Shown: in pieces, positions 11,770 to 23,537 of the stretch
Numbering within the stretch: position 1 is the stretch's first letter
Layout: every line of letters begins with the position of its first letter
DNA from: Malacoraja senta
Taxonomy: Eukaryota
NCBI GenBank assembly: GCA_038087875.1
Contig: JAXLNO010000319.1
Location: 186,001-250,000 of the forward strand
DNA length: 64,000 bases
Direction of reading: 5' to 3'
Notes under the pieces: model-generated
Database searches by the model: none
What the model was told of the DNA's origin: nothing
What the model saw: the letters and a program-made list of their open reading frames with translations, nothing else
Position numbers and translations under genes: made by a program

Positions 11770-13144
11770 GCAAAAAAAGTGATCGTTCCCAGAGACCTAC
11801 CACAAGACTCCGTGTTAAAGAGCTGGGTAAAACTCTGCAAACAACATCAGAAAGTTCCGAAGAAGAAGCTGAAGCTCAAAGATTAGCCAGTGAAATGGCG
11901 ACAGATGGAACAAATGGAGCAATCGTTAAGAGCCTCAGTATCTAAAGACTTTGCTAATATGCTACACGACGAGATTTCTACACTTGATAAAAGTTTGTCT
12001 AAAAGCATGAAGCTTGGAAATAAGGAAATCATTAATTCAATTAATGTTCTAAGTAAACGTATTGATGATGTTGAGGAGGATTTAAGTGCATAAATCAAAC
12101 GGGTTGAGAAAGATTGCAGTAATGAGTTGGAATCTGTTCTCCATACCACTACAGCATATAGCAATGCTATGAAAGATATGGAAACTGCGATGAAGGAAAT
12201 GTCGGAAGAGTTGAAGAGAATGAGGAAAGATCAAGAGCGTGTCTCGGGGCAACTGGCCAAAATGACTGACAAATGCATTGATCTGGAAGCACGATCAAGA
12301 AGGCAGAATTTAAGAATAGTTGGAGTAAGAGAGGGGGGGGGGACTGGAAAGGACTCCCGGGAGTTCGCTGCCAACTTACTTAAACAAGTATTCAAGCTGC
12401 CTGATAAACCGAAAATAGATGTGCCACATCGAGTGCGAAGAGCTCAATCAAGGCTAGGAGCCCCCTCCGAGACAGATCATAGTGAAATTTCATGACATTT
12501 CTGTTCTGGAAGACATTATGAGAAAAATTCCTTTTGGAACGAATCCGATGTTTGAAGAGGACAATCTCAGATCTTTCAGAGATTACCCAGCAGAAATAGC
12601 TAAAAAATGGGATCTGTTCACAAAGACAAGACAGATCCTGAAAGGAATTCAAAATGTACGATACGGGATAATGTACCCTGCAAAATGAAGATAATAATAA
12701 TAATAATAATGGATGGGATTTATATAGCGCCTTTCTAATACTCAAGGCGCTTTACATCGCATTATTCATTCACTCCGCAGTCACACTCGGTGGTGGTGAG
12801 CTACTTCTGTAGCCACAGCTGCCCTGGGGCAGACTGACGGAAGCGTGGCTGCTAATCTGCGCCTACGGCCCCTCCGACCACCACCAATCACTCACACACA
12901 TTCACACACATTCACACACATTCACACGCAGGCAAAGGTGGGTGAAGTGTCTTGCCCAAGGACACAACGACAGTATGCACTCCAAGCGGGATTCGAACCG
13001 GCTATCTTCCGGTTGCCAGCCGAACACTTAGCCCATTGCGCCATCTGTCGTCCCGTCACATATTAATGTGTGGAACGTGCGTTTACTGATCCAGAAGAGG
13101 CATATAAACATGCACAAGATATTGTAAACGAGAATAACAGATAA
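11770..13144 (+). pseudogene. L1 ORF1p (coiled coil, RRM, CTD), disrupted
   Basis: Motifs DLEARSRRQNLRIVGV, FRDYPAE and YGIMYPAK. Interrupted by the SINE at 12691-13054. Start is approximate. Confidence 0.8.
12691..13054 (-). mobile_element. tRNA-derived CORE-type SINE with L2-like 3' tail
   Basis: Minus strand has A box tggcgcaatgg, B box ggttcgaatcc, core gtgtccttgggcaagacac, tail tgtaaagcgccttgag...aggcgctatataaat and (TTA)n. Confidence 0.8.
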
Positions 13145-13641
13145 GTTAAACAGCACGACTATCAGGACTGGTTCTTTAAAAATACCGGCAGAGGAGAAGC
13201 TGAAAAGATGACTTTTTAATAAAATAAATTACAAATGCTCTCTTTAAGATGGTGGAATGGGACATGAGGCGATGTCTAGACACCTTATCTTCTTCGGAAT
13301 GCTAACCCAAGGACGAACTGTTTTTTCTCCGAATGAAAGACATAAACAAACTGGAGCCGTGCTACAGGGAAAAAACAATACAAATGGACTTGATAATAAA
13401 AAATTATAATTTAAAAGATTTTTAAAATCTTATACTAATATTTAGCTAATTGAATTAACTTAGCAATAGGAATATAATATGAATTAGTATAACTAAATAA
13501 TGACTAACCTCTCCGGGGAGGGAGGGGGGATGCTTTTTCTTTCTTCTTAACGGTTTCAAAACTGTAAATGAATTTTAGATTTAGGAGGATGAGTTAAATA
13601 TATTGATATATGTTAACATAATACTAATAAATTAAAACATA

Positions 13642-14682
13642 TAGGTATGTTACAATACTTGCCTTCAGCGGCGCTGTAATTCTGTCACTGGCCGTGTGCG
13701 CGATTTTGGCGCCTTTAAGGGGGGGCGGGGTTAAAGGGCGGGTTTCTCCTCCCTTGTCCTGAATTATACTTTGTTGGAGTACCAGCCTCTGTGGAAGAAG
13801 CGTTCCGAGTGCCGTTTTGCGTAGTTTGTTTTAAAAATCTCCCAACAAGTCCAGCGTTGGAATCATTTAAAAATCATCTTCTGAAGCGTCAACGCCAACA
13901 ACGGGGACGGATTTCACACAAGGGAAAGGTAAACGAAAGTGCTTTATTTTAATGTATAAACGTTCTCCTTAAGAGGCCTTTAATTCACATTTTTACATGC
14001 GACACGGTGATTTTATTCCCCGAATTAACGGCAGTATTTTTCATGCCAATACGGGGTTAAGTTCACCGCAAATGAACGTTCCAAAAGATCGCGTTCCAGA
14101 AATCCTCACTCACAAGATGAATTAAATGCCCATTAATTTACAGGTATTAAACATTCAATTCCTTCCATTTGGCCTGTAAATTCATGAAAATTAGATTTAA
14201 AAATTATGTTATATTGTGAATTATTGTGTGAATGTTATTTGGACACTTAGGCTATTAAAAAATGTTAATCTATTCTTAAGAAATTGATAGATGTTTAGAT
14301 CTAGTAATTGAATTTTGTAATTAGCTACAATTAGGTAACTAACTAATTATATGCTTTACTTTCTTGTCTTCGAAGTAAGATTGTTTCATATTTGTTTCAG
14401 AATGCTTCAATCTATAATAACTGAAAATTTCTTTCAGTTATCATAATTTTTAAGAAAGTTATGGGCTTTTAACTGTCCTCGATCACAGCTTTTGTGTTAA
14501 GTGAATGGAAAAGCAATAGGGAACTAGATGCTAATTTCTGAGTATGATAATGGCCATAACTTTTTTAATACTGAAGATATGAAAGTGAATTAAGTGTCAA
14601 ATTAAACTTCTTTTATGCTTTATCTGATGGGATAAATTGCAGACTTTATTTTGTAAAATCTCAAAATTTTGTAACATTGCTA
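13642..14682 (+). mobile_element. Non-autonomous DNA transposon, TAG...CTA ends, 7-bp TSD (AAACATA)
   Basis: Imperfect TIR taggtatgttacaa / ttgtaacattgcta. TSD at 13635-13641 and 14683-14689. Second copy inverted at 53171-54210. Confidence 0.85.
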
Positions 14683-15237
14683 AAACATATATAACAGATT
14701 CGGGAAGGTAATGTCCCAGTTATGCGTAAAGGGAGGGGAAGCGACTCAGACACTTGGCATATAGCCAAGAATCTGATTCCGATTAACCCCTTCCAACCAG
14801 CTGGGCACTACTATTAGATACTGGGATCTGATTGTGAAGTAAAACGTAATACTTATTATTATATAGTAAATGCTAGTTTATCCGAAGATTTAATGAGAGA
14901 TACAAGTTCGAAATTTCTCTATATAATACTTGGCCTTGAACTGGACCCTCTTACAATTTTTGGTTAAGGGAGCGGAGCTTAATGTAAATTAACATCTACG
15001 GAAATTCTAAAATACGTAGATACCACCATTAGTTTTTTTAAAGGATCGCTATTATCAGATGCTGTAATATCACTCTTTTTTATTTCTATGTCACGTTACA
15101 CTTTTCTGTCTTTTTTAAGGGTAATTTTGAAAGGGATACACCAACAGAACCTAATAGCCGCGGATACCCACCCAACACCTAGAAGTCTGAGGTACTGTGT
15201 TGCACCATATGACTTAAAAATATCCAAATGATTTAAA

Positions 15238-15938
15238 ATGCAAGACGATAAACAAAAAGAAAACTGGAGGAATCACGTTTTGTAGCTGGAATATAAGGGG
15301 CGCTAATGAGCCAATTAAAAGGGTTAAGATTTTCGCCAAATTAAAATCACTCAATGCTGACATAATTTTCTTACAGGAAACACACTTGAAACGTCAAGCT
15401 CAGACCAGACTGAAGGCAAATTGGATTGGTCAAACATATTACTCTTCATATATCTTTAAACCTAGAGGCACGGCAATTATTATTCGTAAAGGCATACCAT
15501 TTAAATCAAAGAATAGTATATCAGATAAAGAGGGGAGGTATGTCATAATCACCACAGAGATTATGACATAATTCTACCCCACTTACTTTGGTAAATATTT
15601 ATGCTCCTAACTTTGATAATCCTCAATTCTTCAATAAAATCTTGGATATAATTTCAGTTTAATTATCAAAATGTGATAATTGGGGGAGAGTTAAATTGCG
15701 TTTTAGATCCATACCTGGATAAATCTGCACAAGAAAAGAGGATTAATATAAAATCTAAAGCCAGTGAACTCCAAAACACATACATAAAAAACACAACTAT
15801 AACGTATGGAGGATTGCTAATCCAGTTGGAAGGAAATACTCCTTTTACTCAACGGTACATACAACTTATTCACGTATCGACTATTTTTTAGTGGATACGA
15901 AAGTAATTCCGTATACAATTAATCCTAAATATCATAAT
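15238..15938 (+). pseudogene. L1 copy 3 ORF2 endonuclease region
   Basis: Motifs CSWNIRG, FLQETH, NIYAPN and RIDYF, with frameshifts. Confidence 0.8.
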
Positions 15939-16454
15939 AGTAAGATTAAACGAGAACTTACCAGTTTGAAGTTTGATCTGTATTTTATGAGGAGTTACGA
16001 TGAGGGATTACGTGAAGAACCTGTCCAGCACGCATGCGCGACATACTTCAAAGCAGCGGTGTGGAATCACAGGAAACAATAATTGAAATAAACATAGTAA
16101 AGAAAAGGAGAACTAAGATACCAGTTGATCTCTATAATTGAGGGTGGGAGCGGAGGGCACGTAATCCCTCATCGTATCTCCTCATAAAATACAGATCAAA
16201 CTTCAAACTGGTAAGTTCTCGTTTAATCTTACTATTTTACTTCGGAGTCACGTGAGTGACTACGTGACGATTTTAAAGCTCTGTGATTTCAAACCGTGTA
16301 ACAGTTCATACTTCACTCGCTGCCGAAGTCCTTCAAGGGAGGAAGTATGTTATCGTAATCAACCATGAATCTGTTTGTAAATCATAATGGTTTCTATTAA
16401 ACAATAACAAAAGACAAAATGCTCCCCCGGGCTTAAAATATATATTTGCAGATT

Positions 16455-17417
16455 CTAAACTCTTTCTGCAAATAACACAGGTTCTGCTAGCGGCTTGTTG
16501 TAGAACGTTTGGAACGTTTTCTCCATGGACCACCCCGCTGTAGCCAGGATGTGGTCCAGTGGTACGTCCATCCTTTTAGCCGCCGATGTGGATGCTGCCC
16601 TGGAGGAGTGAGATGTATATACATCAGTATCTACTCCAGCAGCTCCCAGTACCTGCTTGAGCCATCTTGAGATGGTTTGGCTTGACACCCGACCATGAGG
16701 TTTCTTGTGGCTGACCCATAAGGCTTTTTCTCTCCCTCGGGAATCTCTTGTTGTGTTGATGTAAGTGAGTAGGTGAGTCATGACACAGAACCGTGGGTCA
16801 GGTGGGTATGCCCGGAAATCCATAACTAGGCCTGAAATTCCTGGCCTGCTCTGCTTTAGCAACTCCTGATTGGTGAATGAGACCCGGTCTGGTGTTATAA
16901 CCATGTTGTCCAGTCGCAGTAAGTGGGGGGACTGGACTCTTTGTGCTGAGACTAGTGCCATCAGCATGACCGTTTTCAGGGTTAGCTGTTCCAGGGTGAG
17001 AGACCTGGCTGGTGACCATCCCCTTAGGTATGTCAGGACCACACTGATATACCAGATTTGGGTGTACCTAGGTCTAGGGGGCTTGGAGTTGAATATACCC
17101 CTCATGAGTTTGATCACCAGCGGGTGAGACCCTATTGTGCTGGTACTTGTTTTAAGTAGACTGACAGAGCACTTCTGGCAGTATAGATGGCGCTGTGGCT
17201 CAGTCCTTCAATATGGTGAAGGCCCCCCCAGGAACTCCAGTACATTGGTTATCGTTGCAGATGAGTATTTTGTCCCAGTAGTCGAGCAGTATCTTTCCCA
17301 CTTCCTGATGCTCGATAGGTATTGTTTCCTGTTGGACATACGGTGGTACGCTGTCATCGTGTTGATGGTCCTGTCAGACAATCCCAGGCCCAGCAGTGGT
17401 CTTTTGATAATCTGCAA
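16455..17417 (-). pseudogene. DIRS tyrosine recombinase (frameshifted)
   Basis: Catalytic set visible: SAQRVQ (R), SHSSRAAS (HxxR), AGW, FQTFY. Confidence 0.85.
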
Positions 17418-20241
17418 CCCAGTAGGTTAATTTTGTCATGGCATGGATACTTATGCCTGATACCGGGTGCGTGAATAGGTCTGCCCTACTGGGAAAGGTC
17501 ATAGGAGTTTCGATGACCATGTCGAGGACCACTGGGAACCATGGCTGTGTAGGCCAGTTGGTACTATCAAAATACCTGAAGCAGAGTCCATCTGTATTTT
17601 GCGTAGTACCCTACTGATGAGGCAGAAGGGGGAAAAGCATAAAATAAATAGTTTTCCCAGTTCAGCGCAAATGCATCTATCGCTGCTGCCTCAGGTCTGG
17701 TTCCCAAACGACATACATTGGTACCTGATGATTTAGTCTGGATGCAAAGAGATCGATATCTGGTGTGCCATATTGCTTTGTAATTTTAGCAAAAGCTCTA
17801 GGATTTAACATCCATTCGGTGTTTATCATTGAATTTGCGTGACCTGGTGTCTGCCACTGTATTTAGCTTACCTGGTAGGTAAGTTGCTGATAGCCAAATA
17901 TGTCTATCGACACACCATTGCCAGATATTGTTGACCAAATTGTCACACGATATCGATTTTATCCGCCCAAATAGTTTAACATAGGCCACCACCGTGGTAT
18001 TATCAATTTGTAACGAACATGCAAATGGTGCATATTTGTAGAATATGCTTTTAAACCATAAAACGCACCCAACATTTCCAAATAATTTATGCCCAGTGTT
18101 TGTAGCAAAGATGATTCTAGGTTAGTCCATCTACCACCTGTGCTGGATATGGTATTAGTTGCTCCCCAGCCTTGAGCACTGGCATCTGTTTGTTTAGTTA
18201 ATGTTCGGTTATTGATGATGATAGGGCTGGAACTATGCCAAATGTGCTCTATCCACCACTGGAACTCTGATATAGCTTCAATGGGTAATTTCATTGTCCG
18301 GTCAAAGTGACCTGCATGTCCTTTTAATGCCTGTACTTTTGCCCTTTGTAGGTTTTGATAGTGCAGGGTCCATATTGTGCAGCTGGAAATGCTGCTACCG
18401 TTTTGCCAATTACTCTTGCCACTTTTCGGATGGTTGGTCGATTGCTAACCATTAAATTGTTACACGTCTGTGCCAATTCTGCTGCTTTATCTTTTGGCAA
18501 CGTTACGGACATGTGGACTGAGTTAATCGTGAATCCCAAATAGTCCATAGTTGTGGATGGCGTCAACTTAGATTTATCTGGATGTATGACAAATCCCAGG
18601 GTTTCAAACAATTGTTTGGTAGCTAATACAGCTAATTTAGCCAACTCCATGGTTTTGCCTACTATTAGAATATCATCAAGTTATGCCATGACAATATGTC
18701 TCTGTTTTCTCAATGTTGCCAAGGCCGGTTTAATATCTTGGTAAATAGTCTTGGGCTGATGGTAACCCATTTAGGCAACGCTTTAAACTGCCATAGTTGC
18801 CCCATCCAGGTAAATTTCAGGTATCTGCGATAACCCTTTTGAATGGGTACTGTATAGTAGGCATCTTTTAAATCAATACCTGCCATAAAGTATCCTTTGG
18901 AAATCAGTTGTTTGGCAGTTACAAATGTTTCCATTTTGAAATGTACATACTTAACAAATGTATTTAGTGAAGTCAATGATGATGCAACATTCACCATCTT
19001 TTTTGTCTTCGGTAAATATATTTGAGACAAATTCCAAAAGTTCATGTTTGGATTGCTCAATGATACCCTTTGTAAGTTACCTCACCAATTCTGCTTGACC
19101 CTCTAGTTTTCCTTTGACTGAGAGGGTAAAGACCCTTTGGGGTACATGCTGAACTGGTGGCATATTTTCTTGAATGAACTCTATTTTGTATCCACGAATA
19201 CTGTTAAGTATATAATTATCATTCGTGACAGACCTCCATGCTTCAATGAACAGGTGTAATCTCCCCTGTTAGTACAGTTCCCCCACTTTTTATATGCTGG
19301 TAGGAACCAGACCCACCTACCTCCATAATTATGGAAGTGTTCCTTTCTTCAGTTTCTTCATCCGTCGTTGTACTGCTGGATGTACTGCTGGGGGTGGCGC
19401 ATTTTCCATGGGGTCCGCTCTGGGCCCTGGCTTAAAAAAGGCTTTCGGGGATGGTATGCGGACCCCGAGCTTTCACCAGTCCAATAAGTTTGACGTCGAC
19501 TGGTGGGCGCGGTGGGGTACTGCCGTCTGGCTTGTGTGGGTCTGCTCGATCCGGGGCCTGCCCTCATGAGGCCAAATGCATTGGACTCTTCCTCCAGGTC
19601 TTTCACTTGTCAAGTCCGTTCTAAATAACAGGATCTGCGGCTCTGAGGCCGGTGTTGTACACAGTCCTGCATATTTGGGATTGAGGGCAGGTCTTATTCT
19701 CTCCTTGCGGGGGTTGTTTATCTCATATTGAGTGTTGCACAGCAGAGCCAGAGTGTCTTGCTGGTTGCTGGTCATCCACCGCATCCACGGAACGAGCATA
19801 GGATGTTATCCTTGTCGTCAGGAGCTTGAGGATACGTGTAATTTTAGCTCCTGTTTCCGGATACTCTGTCCAACATACCCCCAGATTTCTCTTCTTATAG
19901 GGGTTTGAGGGACAGGTGGTTAATGCTGGCCGCCAGTTTTGCCTGCAACGACCGCCCTGCTCGTGGTGTAACCACGTAGCTATTCACCACACCCAGCAGC
20001 TCTTCCTGATCCTGTACCCCAAGCGTACTCCCGACATCTTCAGCCAATGACCCCTGTTCCTGACCAGCCCAGCCCTGGTCGCCAACGCTGTCCTCGGCTG
20101 AGTGGGAAGCGATGGCCAGTGCATTGTAGAGCACTGATGTGGGAGTGCCTGAGTTCCCTTGGGGAGACTGCTCCAGCTTCCGAAGCAAGTCTCGCTGGAG
20201 CATTTGCTCCATGAGCCTTTCCATGCGGCTCAGGCGGCTAA

Positions 20242-20844
20242 AAGGCCTGTCTCACGAGTCTGCGGTCTATGGCGGCGAAACGGGAGGAATCTGCCGCCAT
20301 AGACCGCGCACTCGTGAGAAAGTACAATTCCCGGGCCGTGCGGCGGTGTTTCCAACACCGCGCGGTGCTAAAATAAAAACGACAATGTCCAAAACACTAT
20401 ACTCACCGCACAACCTCCACCAGTGATGCACGAGTGCGCACGGCCGCTCGCACGGGCCGCCGCCAGTGTGGGTCGAGCGCCGTGCGTCAAACCTCCTCTG
20501 CCACAGCCTCCGCCAGTGACGCACGTGCCGCCGCCAGTGAGGCACGTGTGCTGCGCGGCCGCAGTCACAGCCACCGCTACAGCGCCGCGATCAGGATGGC
20601 CGCCGCCACAGCCGCCGCGGGTGAGTCACGTGCGGCGGGCCGACGTCATCGCAGTCGGCCCGCCCTTTTTTTACTTACCGCAAGCACGTGGGACCCGCCG
20701 TGTTTGAATTAACTCGGCCCCCGCGCAACATCCGTGCGGCGCTCCGGTGGATAGGCTCGACGCTCTCGCTGTTGCCGCGCGGTCCTCGCTACCGGCGACA
20801 CCGCGCTTCACCGCCGATGACCGCAAACAGGTAAGACAGAGCCT
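20242..20844 (-). mobile_element. PIF/Harbinger-like MITE inside DIRS #1 gag
   Basis: TAA TSD at 20239-20241 and 20845-20847. Imperfect TIRs aaggcctgtctcac / gtaagacagagcct. GC-rich. Inverted copy at 41981-42557. Confidence 0.8.
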
Positions 20845-21318
20845 TAACTCTGCCGCTCTAAGGCGGAGAGTCCTCCTCATTGGAGTCAGAAATAACCGGC
20901 CGGTCAGTTTTTTTCTTGATTTGCCTCCAGTCCGCTGCTGTTGGTCAGGCTGTGCTAGCGGTACTGGGCTCGGCTCGGTCTCAATGAAGGTGTGCCGCAG
21001 CATGTGCGGTCCAGGTGCCGCCTCTCGCCCCCCACTGATGGGACACTCCCGTTCTGTTGGAGTCGAACGGGGTGTGGTCTTTTTCCCTTGCCGTGCTTTG
21101 CTCAGGTTCCCCAGCTTCTTGCATGGAATTGACAAAGCAGAGCAAAGGTTCTTGAATACGGCCTCAGAGTAAGTACTTACCTGATGGACCGTTTAAACTT
21201 GTAGCGGGAGCGCCTGTACTCCCGTTCGTCGCTGTTGCACTGCGTGAACGCTAATGTCGCGCATGCGTGCTGGACGGGTTCTTCACGTAGTCACTTACGT
21301 GACTCCGAAGTAAAATAG

Positions 21319-23537
21319 CATGATTTCTGATCACTCCCCGTTAACTTTTTTCTTAAAACTAGAAGGAATGTCTAATAAAAAATCGTTTTGGAGGTTTAAC
21401 CCCCAAATTTTAAACAACCCACAGGGCTGTACATGCCTAAAACAACAGATGTAACTTTTTTTGAAACTAACGACACTCCAGGTATTTCTCCCTCTTTATT
21501 ATGGGAAGCTTTTAAGGCATTTATCAGAGGAGCTATAATTTCATATCAAGCTTTTCAAAAATAAAAAGAACAATACTGAACAATTACAGCTAAAAGAACA
21601 AGTTAGACAATTAGATCTAGATAATGCTAAAGACCCAGCCAAAGACAAACAAAATAAAATAAGAATATTGAAATATAAATTAAACAACATTTTATCTGCA
21701 AGAGTAATACGATTATTTCAAATTACAAAACAGGAAAATTTCGAATTCGGCGATAAACCAAATAAACTTCTAGCACGTCAACTGAAAAAACAGAAAAGGA
21801 AAATTCGATTACCAAAATTAAATCAGTTAAAGGTGAATTGTAAATATTACATAAAGACATTAATAGAACATTTGCTCAATTTTATCAAAACTTATATACA
21901 TCCAAAACTTCAGCAGATAACACTTAAATCATAATTTTTTTGGACAATTGTAATCTCCCAAAACTTAATCTGTTGGAACAAGAGTAATTAGGGGCTCAGG
22001 TCTCAGTTAAAGAAATAGGAGAGACAATAAATTCGTTGAAGAACGGTAAAACGTCAGGACCGGATTTAGTAATGAATTCTATAAAAGATTTTACGGATAA
22101 TCTGAACACGCTTACAAAAACTGTACACACACGCTTTTAAAGAACAGACATTACCAGAAACACTAGCCGAATCAACTAATACACTTGCACCTAAAAAATA
22201 TAAAGATCTAGAAGACCCTGGTTCATATAGAGCCATTGCACTGTTAAATACAGATCAGAAAATATTAGCGAAGACCTCAGCGAGAAGGTTGGGTAAATAT
22301 GTTAGTAAATTAATAAACGCGGATCAAACGGGGTTTATACCCAAGAGATATTAATTTAACAATTTGAGACGTTTGTTTAATATAATGCACTCACATAAAA
22401 TTGAAGAAGAAGACTTATCAATTATTTCATTGGATGCAGAAAAAGCATTTGACCAAGTGGAATGGCAATACCTCTTTAAAGTATTGCAAAAATTTCAAAT
22501 GGGAGAGAATTTTATCTCATGGGTAAAATTATTATATGACAAACCGACTGCTAGAATACTGACCAATAACATACTATCTTCGAAGTTTCAACTATCCAGG
22601 GGCAATAGGCAATTATCGCCCCTGCTATTTGCTCTTGTGATAGAGCCCCTAGCAGAAAGTATATGAACGCATCCGAATATCCATGGTTATAATACCAAAT
22701 ACTCAAACAATAACATTTAATTACATGCAGATGACGTATTATTATACATTACAAAATCGCAAATCAGCATACCAAACATATTAAATTTAATAGAGGAATT
22801 TGGTTCCTTTTCAGGATATAGAATAAATTGGAATAAAAGCGAAATTATGACGATAAAACCTCAAGAGCCGACACACCATTTAAAATTCCCCTTTAGAATT
22901 GCAACAGAAACATTTAAATATTTGGGTATTCAAATTACCAGAAAATATAAATCTTGATTTAATGCAAACTATTTGCCCTTACTAACTAAATTAAATGCGT
23001 TGATTAAATTTTGGAAAACATTTCCGATGTCTTTAATAGGCAGAATAAATGCTATAAAATGATTTTTCTACCACACATTTTGTATTTATTTCAAACAATA
23101 CCAGTATACTTACATAAAAAAATATTTTAAAAACTCGACTGATATCACAAATTTCATATGGGACTATAAATCACATAGAATTCAAAGAAGACACCTGTGT
23201 AAACTTCTATGTACTTTTCTGTACTATTATTGGGCAGTGAACATCAAAAATGTAATTCACTGGTTGGACAAGTCTGCCCAACAAGTAGACTGGATAACAA
23301 TGGAGAAAGAGGATTGTTCTCCTTTTAACATAGGAGCGATCCTTTTCTCCCCGATAAAAGTGAATAATACAATATATAAGAAAAATCAAATAATTCATAG
23401 TACAATACGAATTTGGAAACAAATAAAATTAACCCTCAAATTGAGAAATCTATCGCATCTCTCCAATAGTTAATAATCCCTCATGTAAACCATTTATTAT
23501 TGTTAAAAAGTTTACCCATTGGGAAAGAATAGGAATT
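21319..23537 (+). pseudogene. L1 copy 3 ORF2 linker and RT region
   Basis: Motifs EFGDKPNKLLARQL, ISLDAEKAFDQVEW, LSPLLFALVIEPLA and FKYLG. Many stops and frameshifts. Confidence 0.85.

Larger units (their letters stand above)
15936..21318 (-). mobile_element. DIRS1-type tyrosine-recombinase retrotransposon #1 (full length, decayed)
   Basis: Both termini present, with ICR at about 16158-16268. On minus: gag 21135-19358, RT about 19060-18324 (IDLKDAY), RNase H 18294-17798 (TDASAQGWG, INYLEM), methyltransferase about 17800-17430, YR 17417-16455. Confidence 0.9.

Noticed and set aside
12980..13054. Possible tRNA gene (A and B boxes)
   Set aside because: It is the head of a SINE: it runs into a core and LINE tail, with no acceptor stem or terminator.
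20139..21172. Many overlapping Ala/Arg-rich ORFs, also at 42071-42789
   Set aside because: They arise from a GC-rich, stop-poor MITE and from antisense DIRS gag. No domain motifs.
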